64,000 nt of DNA from the human T2T-CHM13v2.0 reference genome, Homo sapiens: contig CP086569.2 in NCBI GenBank assembly GCA_009914755.4, forward strand, positions 29,760,001-29,824,000. The letters are read 5' to 3'. Position numbers and translations under genes: made by a program. Below, one piece after another: positions 28,501-42,717 of the stretch. The notes below the pieces were generated by a model, which had not been told where the DNA came from, ran no database searches, and saw only the letters and a program-made list of their open reading frames with translations. Positions within the stretch are counted from its first letter, which is position 1; every line of letters begins with the position of its first letter.

Positions 28501-31500
28501 TGAAATGGAATGGAATAGAAAGGAATGGAATGAAATGGAATGGAAAGGATTCGAATGGAATGCAATCGAATGGAATGGAATCGAACGGAATGGAATAAAA
28601 TGGAAGAAAACTGGCAAGAAATGGAATCGAAATGAATGGAGTGTTATGGAACGGACTCAAAAGGAATTGAATGTAATAGAATGGAGTGGAGTGGACTCGA
28701 ATATAATGGACTGGAATGGAATGAAATCACATGGAATGGGAACGAATGGAATGGAATGGAAAGGAATGGAATCGAATGGAAAGGAATCGAATGGAAGGGA
28801 ATGAAATTGAATCAACAGGAATGGAAGGGAATAGAATAGACGGTAATGGAATGGACTCGAATAGAATGGACACGAATGCTCAAATTGAATGGACTCGAAT
28901 GGAATGGAAACGAAAGGAATGTCATCGAATGGAATTGAATCGATTGGAATGAAATCGCATAGAATGGAGTGGAATCAAATGGAATTGAATCGAAAGGAAA
29001 GGAAGCGAATGGACTGAAATGAAATGGAATGGAATTGAATGGAAAGTAATGCAATGGAATAGAATGGAACGAAATTTCACGGAATGGAATCAAACTGAAT
29101 GGAATCAAGTCAATGGAATCAAATCAAATGGAATGGAAAGGAATTGAATGGAGTAGATGGGATTGGATGGGATTGGAATGAAATGTACTGGAAAGGACTC
29201 GAATTTCATGAAACGGAATGGAATGAATTGGAACGGAATGGACTCGAATGGAATGGAATGTCATGGAATGGCATCAAATGGAATGGCATCAAATGGAATG
29301 GAATCGAATGCAATGATATGCTATGGAATGGAATGGAATGCATTGGAATGGAATGTCCTCTAATGGAATGGATTCGAGTGGAATGGAATCGAATATAATG
29401 GAGTCGAATGAAATGGAATTGAAAGGAATGGGATCGAATAGAATGGAATATACTGGAATGTAATGTAATGAACTCGAATGTAATTTACTGGAATGGAATG
29501 TACATGAATGGAATGTAATCGAATGGAAAGTAATCTAATGGAATAGAATCTAATGCAATAAAATCGACTCAGAGTAGAATGTAATGGAATGGAGTGCAGT
29601 GCAATGGAATGGAATGGAATGGAATACAATGGAATGGAATGGAATGGAATGGAATGGAATGGGATGGAATGGTATGGAATGGATAGTAATGGACTGGAGT
29701 GAAATGGACTGGAAAGGAATGGACTCAAATTGAAAGGGCTCGAAAGCAATGGAGTCAAATGGAATGGTCTGGAATGGAATGAACACGAATGTAATGCAAT
29801 CCAATAGAATGGAATCGAATGGCATGGAATATAAAGAAATGGAATCGAAGAGAATGGAAACAAATGGAATGGAATTGAATGGAATGGAATTGAATGGAAT
29901 GGGAACGAATGGAGTGAAATTGTATGCAGTAGAAGGGAATAGAATGGAATGCAAGCGAAAGGAAAGGAATGGATTGGAATGGAATGGAATTCATTGGAAT
30001 GGAAGGGAATGTAGTGTAATGGACAGGCCTGGAATAAAGTGGAATGCTACGGTCTCGAATGGAATAAAAATGTATGGAATGGAATGCAATGAAACGGAAT
30101 CGAATGTCATAGAATGTAATGGAATGCAAAAAAATGGAATCCAAAATCATTGACTGGAAAGGCTGGGTGTCGAAAGGAATTGACTCCAATGGAATGGAAT
30201 CGAATGGAATGGAAGTGAATAGAATCGAACTAAATCGAATGGAATGGAATTGATAGGAACGGAATGGAAAGGAATGCAATGATTTGGCATGGAATGGAAT
30301 CGAATGGCATCGAATGGAATGGAATGGAATGCAATGGAATGGAATGTATTAGAATGTAATGAACTTTAATGGAATGTACTCGAATGGATTCGACTGGAAT
30401 GGAATGTTCTGGAAGTGAATGGACTCCAATGGAATGGATTCAAAAGGAATGGAATCGTACGGAATGGAATCTAATGGAATGGAATTAAATGGAAATGAAT
30501 CAAATTGAATAGCACGGAATTGAATTGAATGGAATGGAATGCAATGGAATCTAATGAAACGGAAAGGAAAGGAATGGAATGGAATGGAATGGGCTGGAAT
30601 GGAAAGGAATCGAAACGAATGGAATGGAATCGAACTGAAGAGACTGGAATGGAATGCACTGGAATGGAAGGGAGTGTAATGGAAGGTTCTCGAAAAAAAT
30701 GAAATCGAATGGAATGGAATTGAATGGAATGGAATAGAGTCGAATGGAATTGAATGGAATGGAATGGACTAGAGTGAAATGGAATCGAACCACAAGGAAT
30801 GGACAGGAATAGAATGGTCTCGAATTGAATGGAATCGTATGGAATGGCATCAAACGGAATGGAATGGACAGCCACGGAATGGAATGCACTCGAATGCAAT
30901 GGAGTCGAAACTAATGGACTGGAATAGAATGGACTCGACTGGTACGGACTCCAATGGAATGGAATCGAATGGAAGGGAATCGAACGGAATGGACTCGAAG
31001 GGAAAAGACTGCAATGGAAAGGTCTCGAATGGAATGGAAATTAATGGAATGGAATGGAATCGAATGAAATGGAGTCAAAAGGAATGGAATCGAATGGCAA
31101 GAAATCGAATGTAATGGAATCGCAAGGAATTGATGTGAACGGAACGGAATGGAATGGAATCCAAAGGAATGGAATAGAATGGAATGGAATCGAATGGAAA
31201 GGACTCGAATGGAAATCACTCGAATAGAATGCAATTTAATAAAATAGGATCAAATGTAATGGAATGGAATGGAAAGGAATCGAAACGAAAGGAATGGAGA
31301 CAGATGGAATGGAATGGAACAGAGAGCAATGGTATAGAATGGAATGGAATCATCTGGAATGGAATTGAATGGAATGGAATAATATGAAATGGAATGGAAT
31401 GGAATGGAATGCCCTTGAATTAAATGGACTGGAATGGAATGGACTCGAACAGAGTGGAATGGAAAGTGTTGAGATAGAATGGAATGGACTCCTTTGGAAT

Positions 31501-32045
31501 GGTGTAGTATGCAATGCAATCGACTGGCAGGGAATCAAAAGGAATGTAATCGAATGGATTGGACTGGAATGCAATGGACTCGAATAGATTGGAAACGGAA
31601 TGCAAAGGAATGGAATGGAATAGTATGGAATGGAATGGAAAGGAATGGAGTGGAATAGACTAGAGTGGAAAGGAATGGACTGGAAAGCAATGGACTGGAA
31701 TGGAAGTTTCTTGAATGGACTGGAATCAAACGGAATGGAATGCAATGCAATCAAATGGCATGGAATAAAATAGAATGAAAGAGAATCAAATGGAATTGAA
31801 TCGAATGGAATCGAATGGATTGGAAAGGAATAGAATGGAATGGAATGGAATTGACTCAAATGGAATGGACTAGAATGGAATGGATTCGAATGGAAGGCAA
31901 AGGAATGGAATCTATTGGAATGGACTGTAATGGAATGGAATGGAAGGGATTGGAATGGACTCGAATGGAATGGACTGCAATAGAAAGGATTCGAATGGAA
32001 TGAAAAAGAATTGAATGGAATAGAACAGAATGGAATCAAATCGAA
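28501..32045 (+). repeat. HOR unit 9 (3545 bp), subtype B. It has a private 4-bp deletion (atag) at ~29571 and a reduced GGAAT count near 31381–31414.
   Basis: Anchor motif at 28501 and 32046; gcaatgatatgctatgg variant at ~29311 is shared with unit 11. Confidence 0.9.
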
Positions 32046-35000
32046 TGAAATGGAATGGAATAGAAAGGAATGGAATGAAATGGAATGGAAAGGATTCGAA
32101 TGGAATGCAATCGAATGGAATGGAATCGAACGGAATGGAATAAAATGGAAGAAAACTGGCAAGAAATGGAATCGAAATGAATGGAGTGTTATGGAACGGA
32201 CTCAAAAGGAATTGAATGTAATAGAATGGAGTGGAGTGGACTCGAATATAATGGACTGGAATGGAATGAAATCACATGGAATGGGAACGAATGGAATGGA
32301 ATGGAAAGGAATGGAATCGAATGGAAAGGAATCGAATGGAAGGGAATGAAATTGAATCAACAGGAATGGAAGGGAATAGAATAGACGGTAATGGAATGGA
32401 CTCGAATAGAATGGACACGAATGCTCAAATTGAATGGACTCGAATGGAATGGAAACGAAAGGAATGTCATCGAATGGAATTGAATCGATTGGAATGAAAT
32501 CGCATAGAATGGAGTGGAATCAAATGGAATTGAATCGAAAGGAAAGGAAGCGAATGGACTGAAATGAAATGGAATGGAATTGAATGGAAAGTAATGCAAT
32601 GGAATAGAATGGAACGAAATTTCACGGAATGGAATCAAACTGAATGGAATCAAATCAATGGAATCAAATCAAATGGAATGGAAAGGAATTGAATGGAGTA
32701 GATTGGATTGGATGGGATTGGAATGAAATGTACTGGAAAGCACTCGAATTCCATGAAACGGAATGGAATGAATTGGAACGGAATGGACTCGAATGGAATG
32801 GAATGTCATGGAATGGCATCAAATGGAATGGCATCAAATGGAATGGAATCGAATGCAATGGAATGCTATGGAATGGAATGGAATGCATTGGAATGGAATG
32901 TCCTCTAATGGAATGGATTCGAGTGGAATGGAATCGAATATAATGGAGTCGAATGAAATGGAATTGAAAGGAATGTGATCGAATACAATGGAATATACTG
33001 GAATGTAATGTAATGAACTCGAATATAATTGACTGGAATGGAATGTACATGAATGGAATGTAATCGAATGGAAAGTAATCCAATGGAATAGAATCTAATG
33101 CAATAAAATCGACTCAGATAGAGTAGAATGTAATGGAATGGAGTGCAGTGCAATGGAGTGGAATGGAATGGAATGCAATGGAATGGAATGGAATGGAATG
33201 GAATGGAATGGAATGGAATGGGATGGAATGGGATGGAATGGTATGGAATGGATAGTAATGGACTGGAGTGAAATGGACTGGAAAGGAATGGACTCAAATT
33301 GAAAGGGCTCGAAAGGAATGGAGTCAAATGGAATGATCTGGAATGCAATGAACACGAATGTAATGCAATCCAATAGAATGGAATCGAATGGCATGGAATA
33401 TAAAGAAATGGAATCGAAGAGAATGGAAACAAATGGAATGGAATTGAATGGAATGGAATTGAATGGAATGGGAACGAATGGAGTGAAATTGTATGCAGTA
33501 GAAGAGAATAGAATGGAATGCAAGCGAAAGGAAAGGAATGGATTGGAATGGAATGGAATTCATTGGAATGGAAGGGAATGTAGTGTAATGGACAGGCCTG
33601 GAATAAAGTGGAATGCTACGGTCTCGAATGGAATAAAAATGTATGGAATGGAATGCAATGAAACGGAATCGAATGTCATAGAATGTAATGGAATGCAAAA
33701 AAATGGAATCCAAAATCATTGACTGGAAAGGCTGGGTGTCGAAAGGAATTGACTCCAATGGAATGGAATCGAATGGAATGGAAGTGAACAGAATCGAACT
33801 AAATCGAATGGAATGGAATTGATAGGAACGGAATGGAAAGGAATGCAATGATTTGGCATGGAATGGAATCGAATGGAATGGAATGGAATGCAATGGAATG
33901 GAATGTATTAGAATGTAATGAACTTTAATGGAATGTACTCGAATGGATTCGACTGGAATGGAATGTTCTGGAAGTGAATGGACTCCAATGGAATGGATTC
34001 AAAAGGAATGGAATCGTACGGAATGGAATCTAATGGAATGGAATTAAATGGAAATGAATCAAATTGAATAGCACGGAATTGAATTGAATGGAATGGAATG
34101 CAATGGAATCTAATGAAACGGAAAGGAATGGAATGGAATGGAATGGAATGGGCTGGAATGGAAAGGAATCGAAACGAATGGAATGGAATCGAACTGAAGA
34201 GACTGGAATGGAATGCACTGGAATGGAAGGGAGTGTAATGGAAGGTTCTCGAAAAAAATGGAATCGAATGGAATGGAATTGAATGGAACGGAATAGAGTC
34301 GAATGGAATTGAATGGAATGGAATGGACTAGAGTGAAATGGAATCGAACCACAAGGAATGGACAGGAATAGAATGGTCTCGAATTGAATGGAATCGTATG
34401 GAATGGCATCAAACGGAATGGAATGGACAGCCACGGAATGGAATGCACTCGAATGCAATGGAGTCGAAACTAATGGACTGGAATAGAATGGACTCGACTG
34501 GTACGGACTCCAATGGAATGGAATCGAATGGAAGGGAATCGAACGGAATGGACTCGAAGGGAAAAGACTGCAATGGAAAGGTCTCGAATGGAATGGAAAT
34601 TAATGGAATGGAATGGAATCGAATGAAATGGAGTCAAAAGGAATGGAATCGAATGGCAAGAAATCGAATGTAATGGAATCGCAAGGAATTGATGTGAACG
34701 GAACGGAATGGAATGGAATCCAAAGGAATGGAATAGAATGGAATGGAATCGAATGGAAAGGACTCGAATGGAAATCACTCGAATAGAATGCAATTTAATA
34801 AAATAGGATCAAATGTAATGGAATGGAATGGAAAGGAATCGAAACGAAAGGAATGGAGACAGATGGAATGGAATGGAACAGAGAGCAATGGTATAGAATG
34901 GAATGGAATCATCTGGAATGGAATTGAATGGAATGGAATAATATGAAATGGAATGGAATGGAATGGAATGGAATGCCCTTGAATTAAATGGACTGGAATG

Positions 35001-35609
35001 GAATGGACTCGAACAGAGTGGAATGGAAAGTGTTGAGATAGAATGGAATGGACTCCTTTGGAATGGTGTAGTATGCAATGCAATCGACTGGCAGGGAATC
35101 AAAAGGAATGTAATCGAATGGATTGGACTGGAATGCAATGGACTCGAATAGATTGGGAACGGAATGCAAAGGAATGGAATGGAATAGTATGGAATGGAAT
35201 GGAAAGGAATGGAGTGGAATAGACTAGAGTGGAATGGAATGGACTGGAAAGCAATGGACTGGAATGGAACTTTCTTGAATGGACTGGAATCAAACGGAAT
35301 GGAATGCAATGCAATCAAATGGCATGGAATAAAATAGAATGAAAGAGAATCAAATGGAATTGAATCGAATGGAATCGAATGGATTGGAAAGGAATAGAAT
35401 GGAATGGAATGGAATTGACTCAAATGGAATGGACTAGAATGGAATGGATTCGAATGGAAGGCAAAGGAATGGAATCTATTGGAATGGACTGTAATGGAAT
35501 GGAATGGAAGGGATTGGAATGGACTCGAATGGAATGGACTGCAATAGAAAGGATTCGAATGGAATGAAAAAGAATTGAATGGAATAGAACAGAATGGAAT
35601 CAAATCGAA
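32046..35609 (+). repeat. HOR unit 10 (3564 bp), subtype A, near-identical to unit 8
   Basis: Anchor motif at 32046 and 35610. It shares aagcactcgaattccatg (~32741), ggaatgtgatcgaatac (~32975) and the 10-bp deletion (~33870) with unit 8. Confidence 0.9.
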
Positions 35610-38600
35610 TGAAATGGAATGGAATAGAAAGGAATGGAATGAAATGGAATGGAAAGGATTCGAATGGAATGCAATCGAATGGAATGGAATCGAACGGAAT
35701 GGAATAAAATGGAAGAAAACTGGCAAGAAATGGAATCGAAATGAATGGAGTGTTATGGAACGGACTCAAAAGGAATTGAATGTAATAGAATGGAGTGGAG
35801 TGGACTCGAATATAATGGACTGGAATGGAATGAAATCACATGGAATGGGAACGAATGGAATGGAATGGAAAGGAATGGAATCGAATGGAAAGGAATCGAA
35901 TGGAAGGGAATGAAATTGAATCAACAGGAATGGAAGGGAATAGAATAGACGGTAATGGAATGGACTCGAATAGAATGGACACGAATGCTCAAATTGAATG
36001 GACTCGAATGGAATGGAAACGAAAGGAATGTCATCGAATGGAATTGAATCGATTGGAATGAAATCGCATAGAATGGAGTGGAATCAAATGGAATTGAATC
36101 GAAAGGAAAGGAAGCGAATGGACTGAAATGAAATGGAATGGAATTGAATGGAAAGTAATGCAATGGAATAGAATGGAACGAAATTTCACGGAATGGAATC
36201 AAACTGAATGGAATCAAGTCAATGGAATCAAATCAAATGGAATGGAAAGGAATTGAATGGAGTAGATGGGATTGGATGGGATTGGAATGAAATGTACTGG
36301 AAAGGACTCGAATTTCATGAAACGGAATGGAATGAATTGGAACGGAATGGACTCGAATGGAATGGAATGTCATGGAATGGCATCAAATGGAATGGCATCA
36401 AATGGAATGGAATCGAATGCAATGATATGCTATGGAATGGAATGGAATGCATTGGAATGGAATGTCCTCTAATGGAATGGATTCGAGTGGAATGGAATCG
36501 AATATAATGGAGTCGAATGAAATGGAATTGAAAGGAATGGGATCGAATAGAATGGAATATACTGGAATGTAATGTAATGAACTCGAATGTAATTGACTGG
36601 AATGGAATGTACATGAATGGAATGTAATCGAATGGAAAGTAATCTAATGGAATAGAATCTAATGCAATAAAATCGACTCAGATAGAGTAGAATGTAATGG
36701 AATGGAGTGCAGTGCAATGGAATGGAATGGAATGGAATACAATGGAATGGAATGGAATGGAATGGAATGGAATGGGATGGAATGGTATGGAATGGATAGT
36801 AATGGACTGGAGTGAAATGGACTGGAAAGGAATGGACTCAAATTGAAAGGGCTCGAAAGCAATGGAGTCAAATGGAATGGTCTGGAATGGAATGAACACG
36901 AATGTAATGCAATCCAATAGAATGGAATCGAATGGCATGGAATATAAAGAAATGGAATCGAAGAGAATGGAAACAAATGGAATGGAATTGAATGGAATGG
37001 AATTGAATGGAATGGGAACGAATGGAGTGAAATTGTATGCAGTAGAAGGGAATAGAATGGAATGCAAGCGAAAGGAAAGGAATGGATTGGAATGGAATGG
37101 AATTCATTGGAATGGAAGGGAATGTAGTGTAATGGACAGGCCTGGAATAAAGTGGAATGCTACGGTCTCGAATGGAATAAAAATGTATGGAATGGAATGC
37201 AATGAAACGGAATCGAATGTCATAGAATGTAATGGAATGCAAAAAAATGGAATCCAAAATCATTGACTGGAAAGGCTGGGTGTCGAAAGGAATTGACTCC
37301 AATGGAATGGAATCGAATGGAATGGAAGTGAATAGAATCGAACTAAATCGAATGGAATGGAATTGATAGGAACGGAATGGAAAGGAATGCAATGATTTGG
37401 CATGGAATGGAATCGAATGGCATCGAATGGAATGGAATGGAATGCAATGGAATGGAATGTATTAGAATGTAATGAACTTTAATGGAATGTACTCGAATGG
37501 ATTCGACTGGAATGGAATGTTCTGGAAGTGAATGGACTCCAATGGAATGGATTCAAAAGGAATGGAATCGTACGGAATGGAATCTAATGGAATGGAATTA
37601 AATGGAAATGAATCAAATTGAATAGCACGGAATTGAATTGAATGGAATGGAATGCAATGGAATCTAATGAAACGGAAAGGAAAGGAATGGAATGGAATGG
37701 AATGGGCTGGAATGGAAAGGAATCGAAACGAATGGAATGGAATCGAACTGAAGAGACTGGAATGGAATGCACTGGAATGGAAGGGAGTGTAATGGAAGGT
37801 TCTCGAAAGAAATGGAATCGAATGGAATGGAATTGAATGGAACGGAATAGAGTCGAATGGAATTGAATGGAATGGAATGGACTAGAGTGAAATGGAATCG
37901 AACCACAAGGAATGGACAGGAATAGAATGGTCTCGAATTGAATGGAATCGTATGGAATGGCATCAAACGGAATGGAATGGACAGCCACGGAATGGAATGC
38001 ACTCGAATGCAATGGAGTGGAAACTAATGGACTGGAATAGAATGGACTCGACTGGTACGGACTCCAATGGAATGGAATCGAATGGAAGGGAATCGAACGG
38101 AATGGACTCGAAGGGAAAAGACTGCAATGGAAAGGTCTCGAATGGAATGGAAATTAATGGAATGGAATGGAATCGAATGAAATGGAGTCAAAAGGAATGG
38201 AATCGAATGGCAAGAAATCGAATGTAATGGAATCGCAAGGAATTGATGTGAACGGAACGGAATGGAATGGAATCCAAAGGAATGGAATAGAATGGAATGG
38301 AATCGAATGGAAAGGACTCGAATGGAAATCACTCGAATAGAATGCAATTTAATAAAATAGGATCAAATGTAATGGAATGGAATGGAAACGGATCGAAACG
38401 AAAGGAATGGAGACAGATGGAATGGAATGGAACAGAGAGCAATGGTATAGAATGGAATGGAATCATCTGGAATGGAATTGAATGGAATGGAATAATATGA
38501 AATGGAATGGAATGGAATGGAATGGAATGCCCTTGAATTAAATGGACTGGAATGGAATGGACTCGAAGAGAGTGGAATGGAAAGTGTTGAGATAGAATGG

Positions 38601-39163
38601 AATGGACTCCTTTGGAATGGTGTAGTATGCAATGCAATCGACTGGCAGGGAATCAAAAGGAATGTAATCGAATGGATTGGACTGGAATGCAATGGACTCG
38701 AATAGATTGGAAACGGAATGCAAAGGAATGGAATGGAATAGTATGGAATGGAATTGAAAGGAATGGAGTGGAATAGACTAGAGTGGAATGGAATGGACTG
38801 GAAAGCAATGGACTGGAATGGAACTTTCTTGAATGGACTGGAATCAAACGGAATGGAATGCAATGCAATCAAATGGCATGGAATAAAATAGAATGAAAGA
38901 GAATCAAATGGAATTGAATCGAATGGAATCGAATGGATTGGAAAGGAATAGAATGGAATGGAATGGAATTGACTCAAATGGAATGGACTAGAATGGAATG
39001 GATTCGAATGGAAGGCAAAGGAATGGAATCTATTGGAATGGACTGTAATGGAATGGAATGGAAGGGATTGGAATGGACTCGAATGGAATGGACTGCAATA
39101 GAAAGGATTCGAATGGAATGAAAAAGAATTGAATGGAATAGAACAGAATGGAATCAAATCGAA
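35610..39163 (+). repeat. HOR unit 11 (3554 bp), subtype B, near-identical to unit 9
   Basis: Anchor motif at 35610 and 39164; shares atcaagtcaatgg, gtagatgggattgg and gcaatgatatgctatgg (~36421) with unit 9. Confidence 0.9.
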
Positions 39164-42100
39164 TGAAATGGAATGGAATAGAAAGGAATGGAATGAAATG
39201 GAATGGAAAGGATTCGAATGGAATGCAATCGAATGGAATGGAATCGAACGGAATGGAATAAAATGGAAGAAAACTGGCAAGAAATGGAATCGAAATGAAT
39301 GGAGTGTTACGGAACGGACTCAAAAGGAATTGAATGTAATAGAATGGAGTGGAGTGGACTCGAATATAATGGACTGGAATGGAATGAAATCACATGGAAT
39401 GGGAACGAATGGAATGGAATGGAAAGGAATGGAATCGAATGGAAAGGAATCGAATGGAAGGGAATGAAATTGAATCAACAAGAATGGAAGGGAATAGAAT
39501 AGACGGTAATGGAATGGACTCGAATAGAATGGACACGAATGCTCAAATTGAATGGACTCGAATGGAATGGAAACGAAAGGAATGTCATCGAATGGAATTG
39601 AATCGATTGGAATGAAATCGCATAGAATGGAGTGGAATCAAATGGAATTGAATCGAAAGGAAAGGAAGCGAATGGACTGAAATGAAATGGAATGGAATTG
39701 AATGGAAAGTAATGCAATGGAATAGAATGGAACGAAATTTCACGGAATGGAATCAAACTGAATGGAATCAAGTCAATGGAATCAAATCAAATGGAATGGA
39801 AAGGAATTGAATGGAGTAGATGGGATTGGATGGGATTGGAATGAAATGTACTGGAAAGGACTCGAATTTCATGAAACGGAATGGAATGAATTGGAACGGA
39901 ATGGACTCGAATGGAATGGAATGTCATGGAATGGCATCAAATGGAATGGCATCAAATGGAATGGAATCGAATGCAATGGAATGCTATGGAATGGAATGGA
40001 ATGCATTGGAATGGAATGTCCTCTAATGGAATGGATTCGAGTGGAATGGAATCGAATATAATGGAGTCGAATGAAATGGAATTGAAAGGAATGGGATCGA
40101 ATAGAATGGAATATACTGGAATGTAATGTAATGAACTCGAATGTAATTGACTGGAATGGAATGTACATGAATGGAATGTAATAGAATGGAAAGTAATCTA
40201 ATGGAATAGAATCTAATGCAATAAAATCGACTCAGATAGAGTAGAATGTAATGGAATGGAGTGCAGTGCAATGGAATGGAATGGAATGGAATACAATGGA
40301 ATGGAATGGAATGGAATGGAATGGGATGGAATGGTATGGAATGGATAGTAATGGACTGGAGTGAAATGGACTGGAAAGGAATGGACTCAAATTGAAAGGG
40401 CTCGAAAGCAATGGAGTCAAATGGAATGGTCTGGAATGGAATGAACACGAATGTAATGCAATCCAATAGAATGGAATCGAATGGCATGGAATATAAAGAA
40501 ATGGAATCGAAGAGAATGGAAACAAATGGAATGGAATTGAATGGAATGGAATTGAATGGAATGGGAACGAATGGAGTGAAATTGTATGCAGTAGAAGGGA
40601 ATAGAATGGAATGCAAGCGAAAGGAAAGGAATGGATTGGAATGGAATGGAATTCATTGGAATGGAAGGGAATGTAGTGTAATGGACAGGCCTGGAATAAA
40701 GTGGAATGCTACGGTCTCGAATGGAATAAAAATGTATGGAATGGAATGCAATGAAACGGAATCGAATGTCATAGAATGTAATGGAATGCAACAAAATGGA
40801 ATCCAAAATCATTGACTGGAAAGGCTGGGTGTCGAAAGGAATTGACTCCAATGGAATGGAATCGAATGGAATGGAAGTGAATAGAATCGAACTAAATCGA
40901 ATGGAATGGAATTGATAGGAACGGAATGGAAAGGAATGCAATGATTTGGCATGGAATGGAATCGAATGGCATCGAATGGAATGGAATGGAATGCAATGGA
41001 ATGGAATGTATTAGAATGTAATGAACTTTAATGGAATGTACTCGAATGGATTCGACTGGAATGGAATGTTCTGGAAGTGAATGGACTCCAATGGAATGGA
41101 TTCAAAAGGAATGGAATCGTACGGAATGGAATCTAATGGAATGGAATTAAATGGAAATGAATCAAATTGAATAGCACGGAATTGAATTGAATGGAATGGA
41201 ATGCAATGGAATCTAATGAAACGGAAAGGAAAGGAATGGAATGGAATGGAATGGGCTGGAATGGAAAGGAATCGAAACGAATGGAATGGAATCGAACTGA
41301 AGAGACTGGAATGGAATGCACTGGAATGGAAGGGAGTGTAATGGAAGGTTCTCGAAAAAAATGGAATCGAATGGAATGGAATTGAATGGAACGGAATAGA
41401 GTCGAATGGAATTGAATGGAATGGAATGGACTAGAGTGAAATGGAATCGAACCACAAGGAATGGACAGGAATAGAATGGTCTCGAATTGAATGGAATCGT
41501 ATGGAATGGCATCAAACGGAATGGAATGGACAGCCACGGAATGGAATGCACTCGAATGCAATGGAGTCGAAACTAATGGACTGGAATAGAATGGACTCGA
41601 CTGGTACGGACTCCAATGGAATGGAATCGAATGGAAGGGAATCGAACGGAATGGACTCGAAGGGAAAAGACTGCAATGGAAAGGTCTCGAATGGAATGGA
41701 AATTAATGGAATGGAATGGAATCGAATGAAATGGAGTCAAAAGGAATGGAATCGAATGGCAAGAAATCGAATGTAATGGAATCGCAAGGAATTGATGTGA
41801 ACGGAACGGAATGGAATGGAATCCAAAGGAATGGAATAGAATGGAATGGAATCGAATGGAAAGGACTCGAATGGAAATCACTCGAATAGAATGCAATTTA
41901 ATAAAATAGGATCAAATGTAATGGAATGGAATGGAAAGGGATCGAAACGAAAGGAATGGAGACAGATGGAATGGAATGGAACAGAGAGCAATGGTATAGA
42001 ATGGAATGGAATCATCTGGAAGGGAATTGAATGGAATGGAATAATATGAAATGGAATGGAATGGAATGGAATGGAATGGAATGCCCTTGAATTAAATGGA

Positions 42101-42717
42101 CTGGAATGGAATGGACTCGAACAGAGTGGAATGGAAAGTGTTGAGATAGAATGGAATGGACTCCTTTGGAATGGTGTAGTATGCAATGCAATCGACTGGC
42201 AGGGAATCAAAAGGAATGTAATCGAATGGATTGGACTGGAATGCGATGGACTCGAATAGATTGGAAACGGAATGCAAAGGAATGGAATGGAATAGTATGG
42301 AATGGAATGGAAAGGAATGGAGTGGAATAGACTAGAGTGGAATGGAATGGACTGGAAAGCAATGGACTGGAATGGAACTTTCTTGAATGGACTGGAATCA
42401 AACGGAATGGAATGCAATGCAATCAAATGGCATGGAATAAAATAGAATGAAAGAGAATCAAATGGAATTGAATCGAATGGAATCGAATGGATTGGAAAGG
42501 AATAGAATGGAATGGAATGGAATTGACTGAAATGGAATGGACTAGAATGGAATGGATTCGAATGGAAGGCAAAGGAATGGAATCTATTGGAATGGACTGT
42601 AATGGAATGGAATGGAAGGGATTGGAATGGACTCGAATGGAATGGACTGCAATAGAAAGGATTCGAATGGAATGAAAAAGAATTGAATGGAATAGAACAG
42701 AATGGAATCAAATCGAA
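39164..42717 (+). repeat. HOR unit 12 (3554 bp), B-like
   Basis: Anchor motif at 39164 and 42718; carries atcaagtcaatgg and gtagatgggattgg. Confidence 0.9.
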
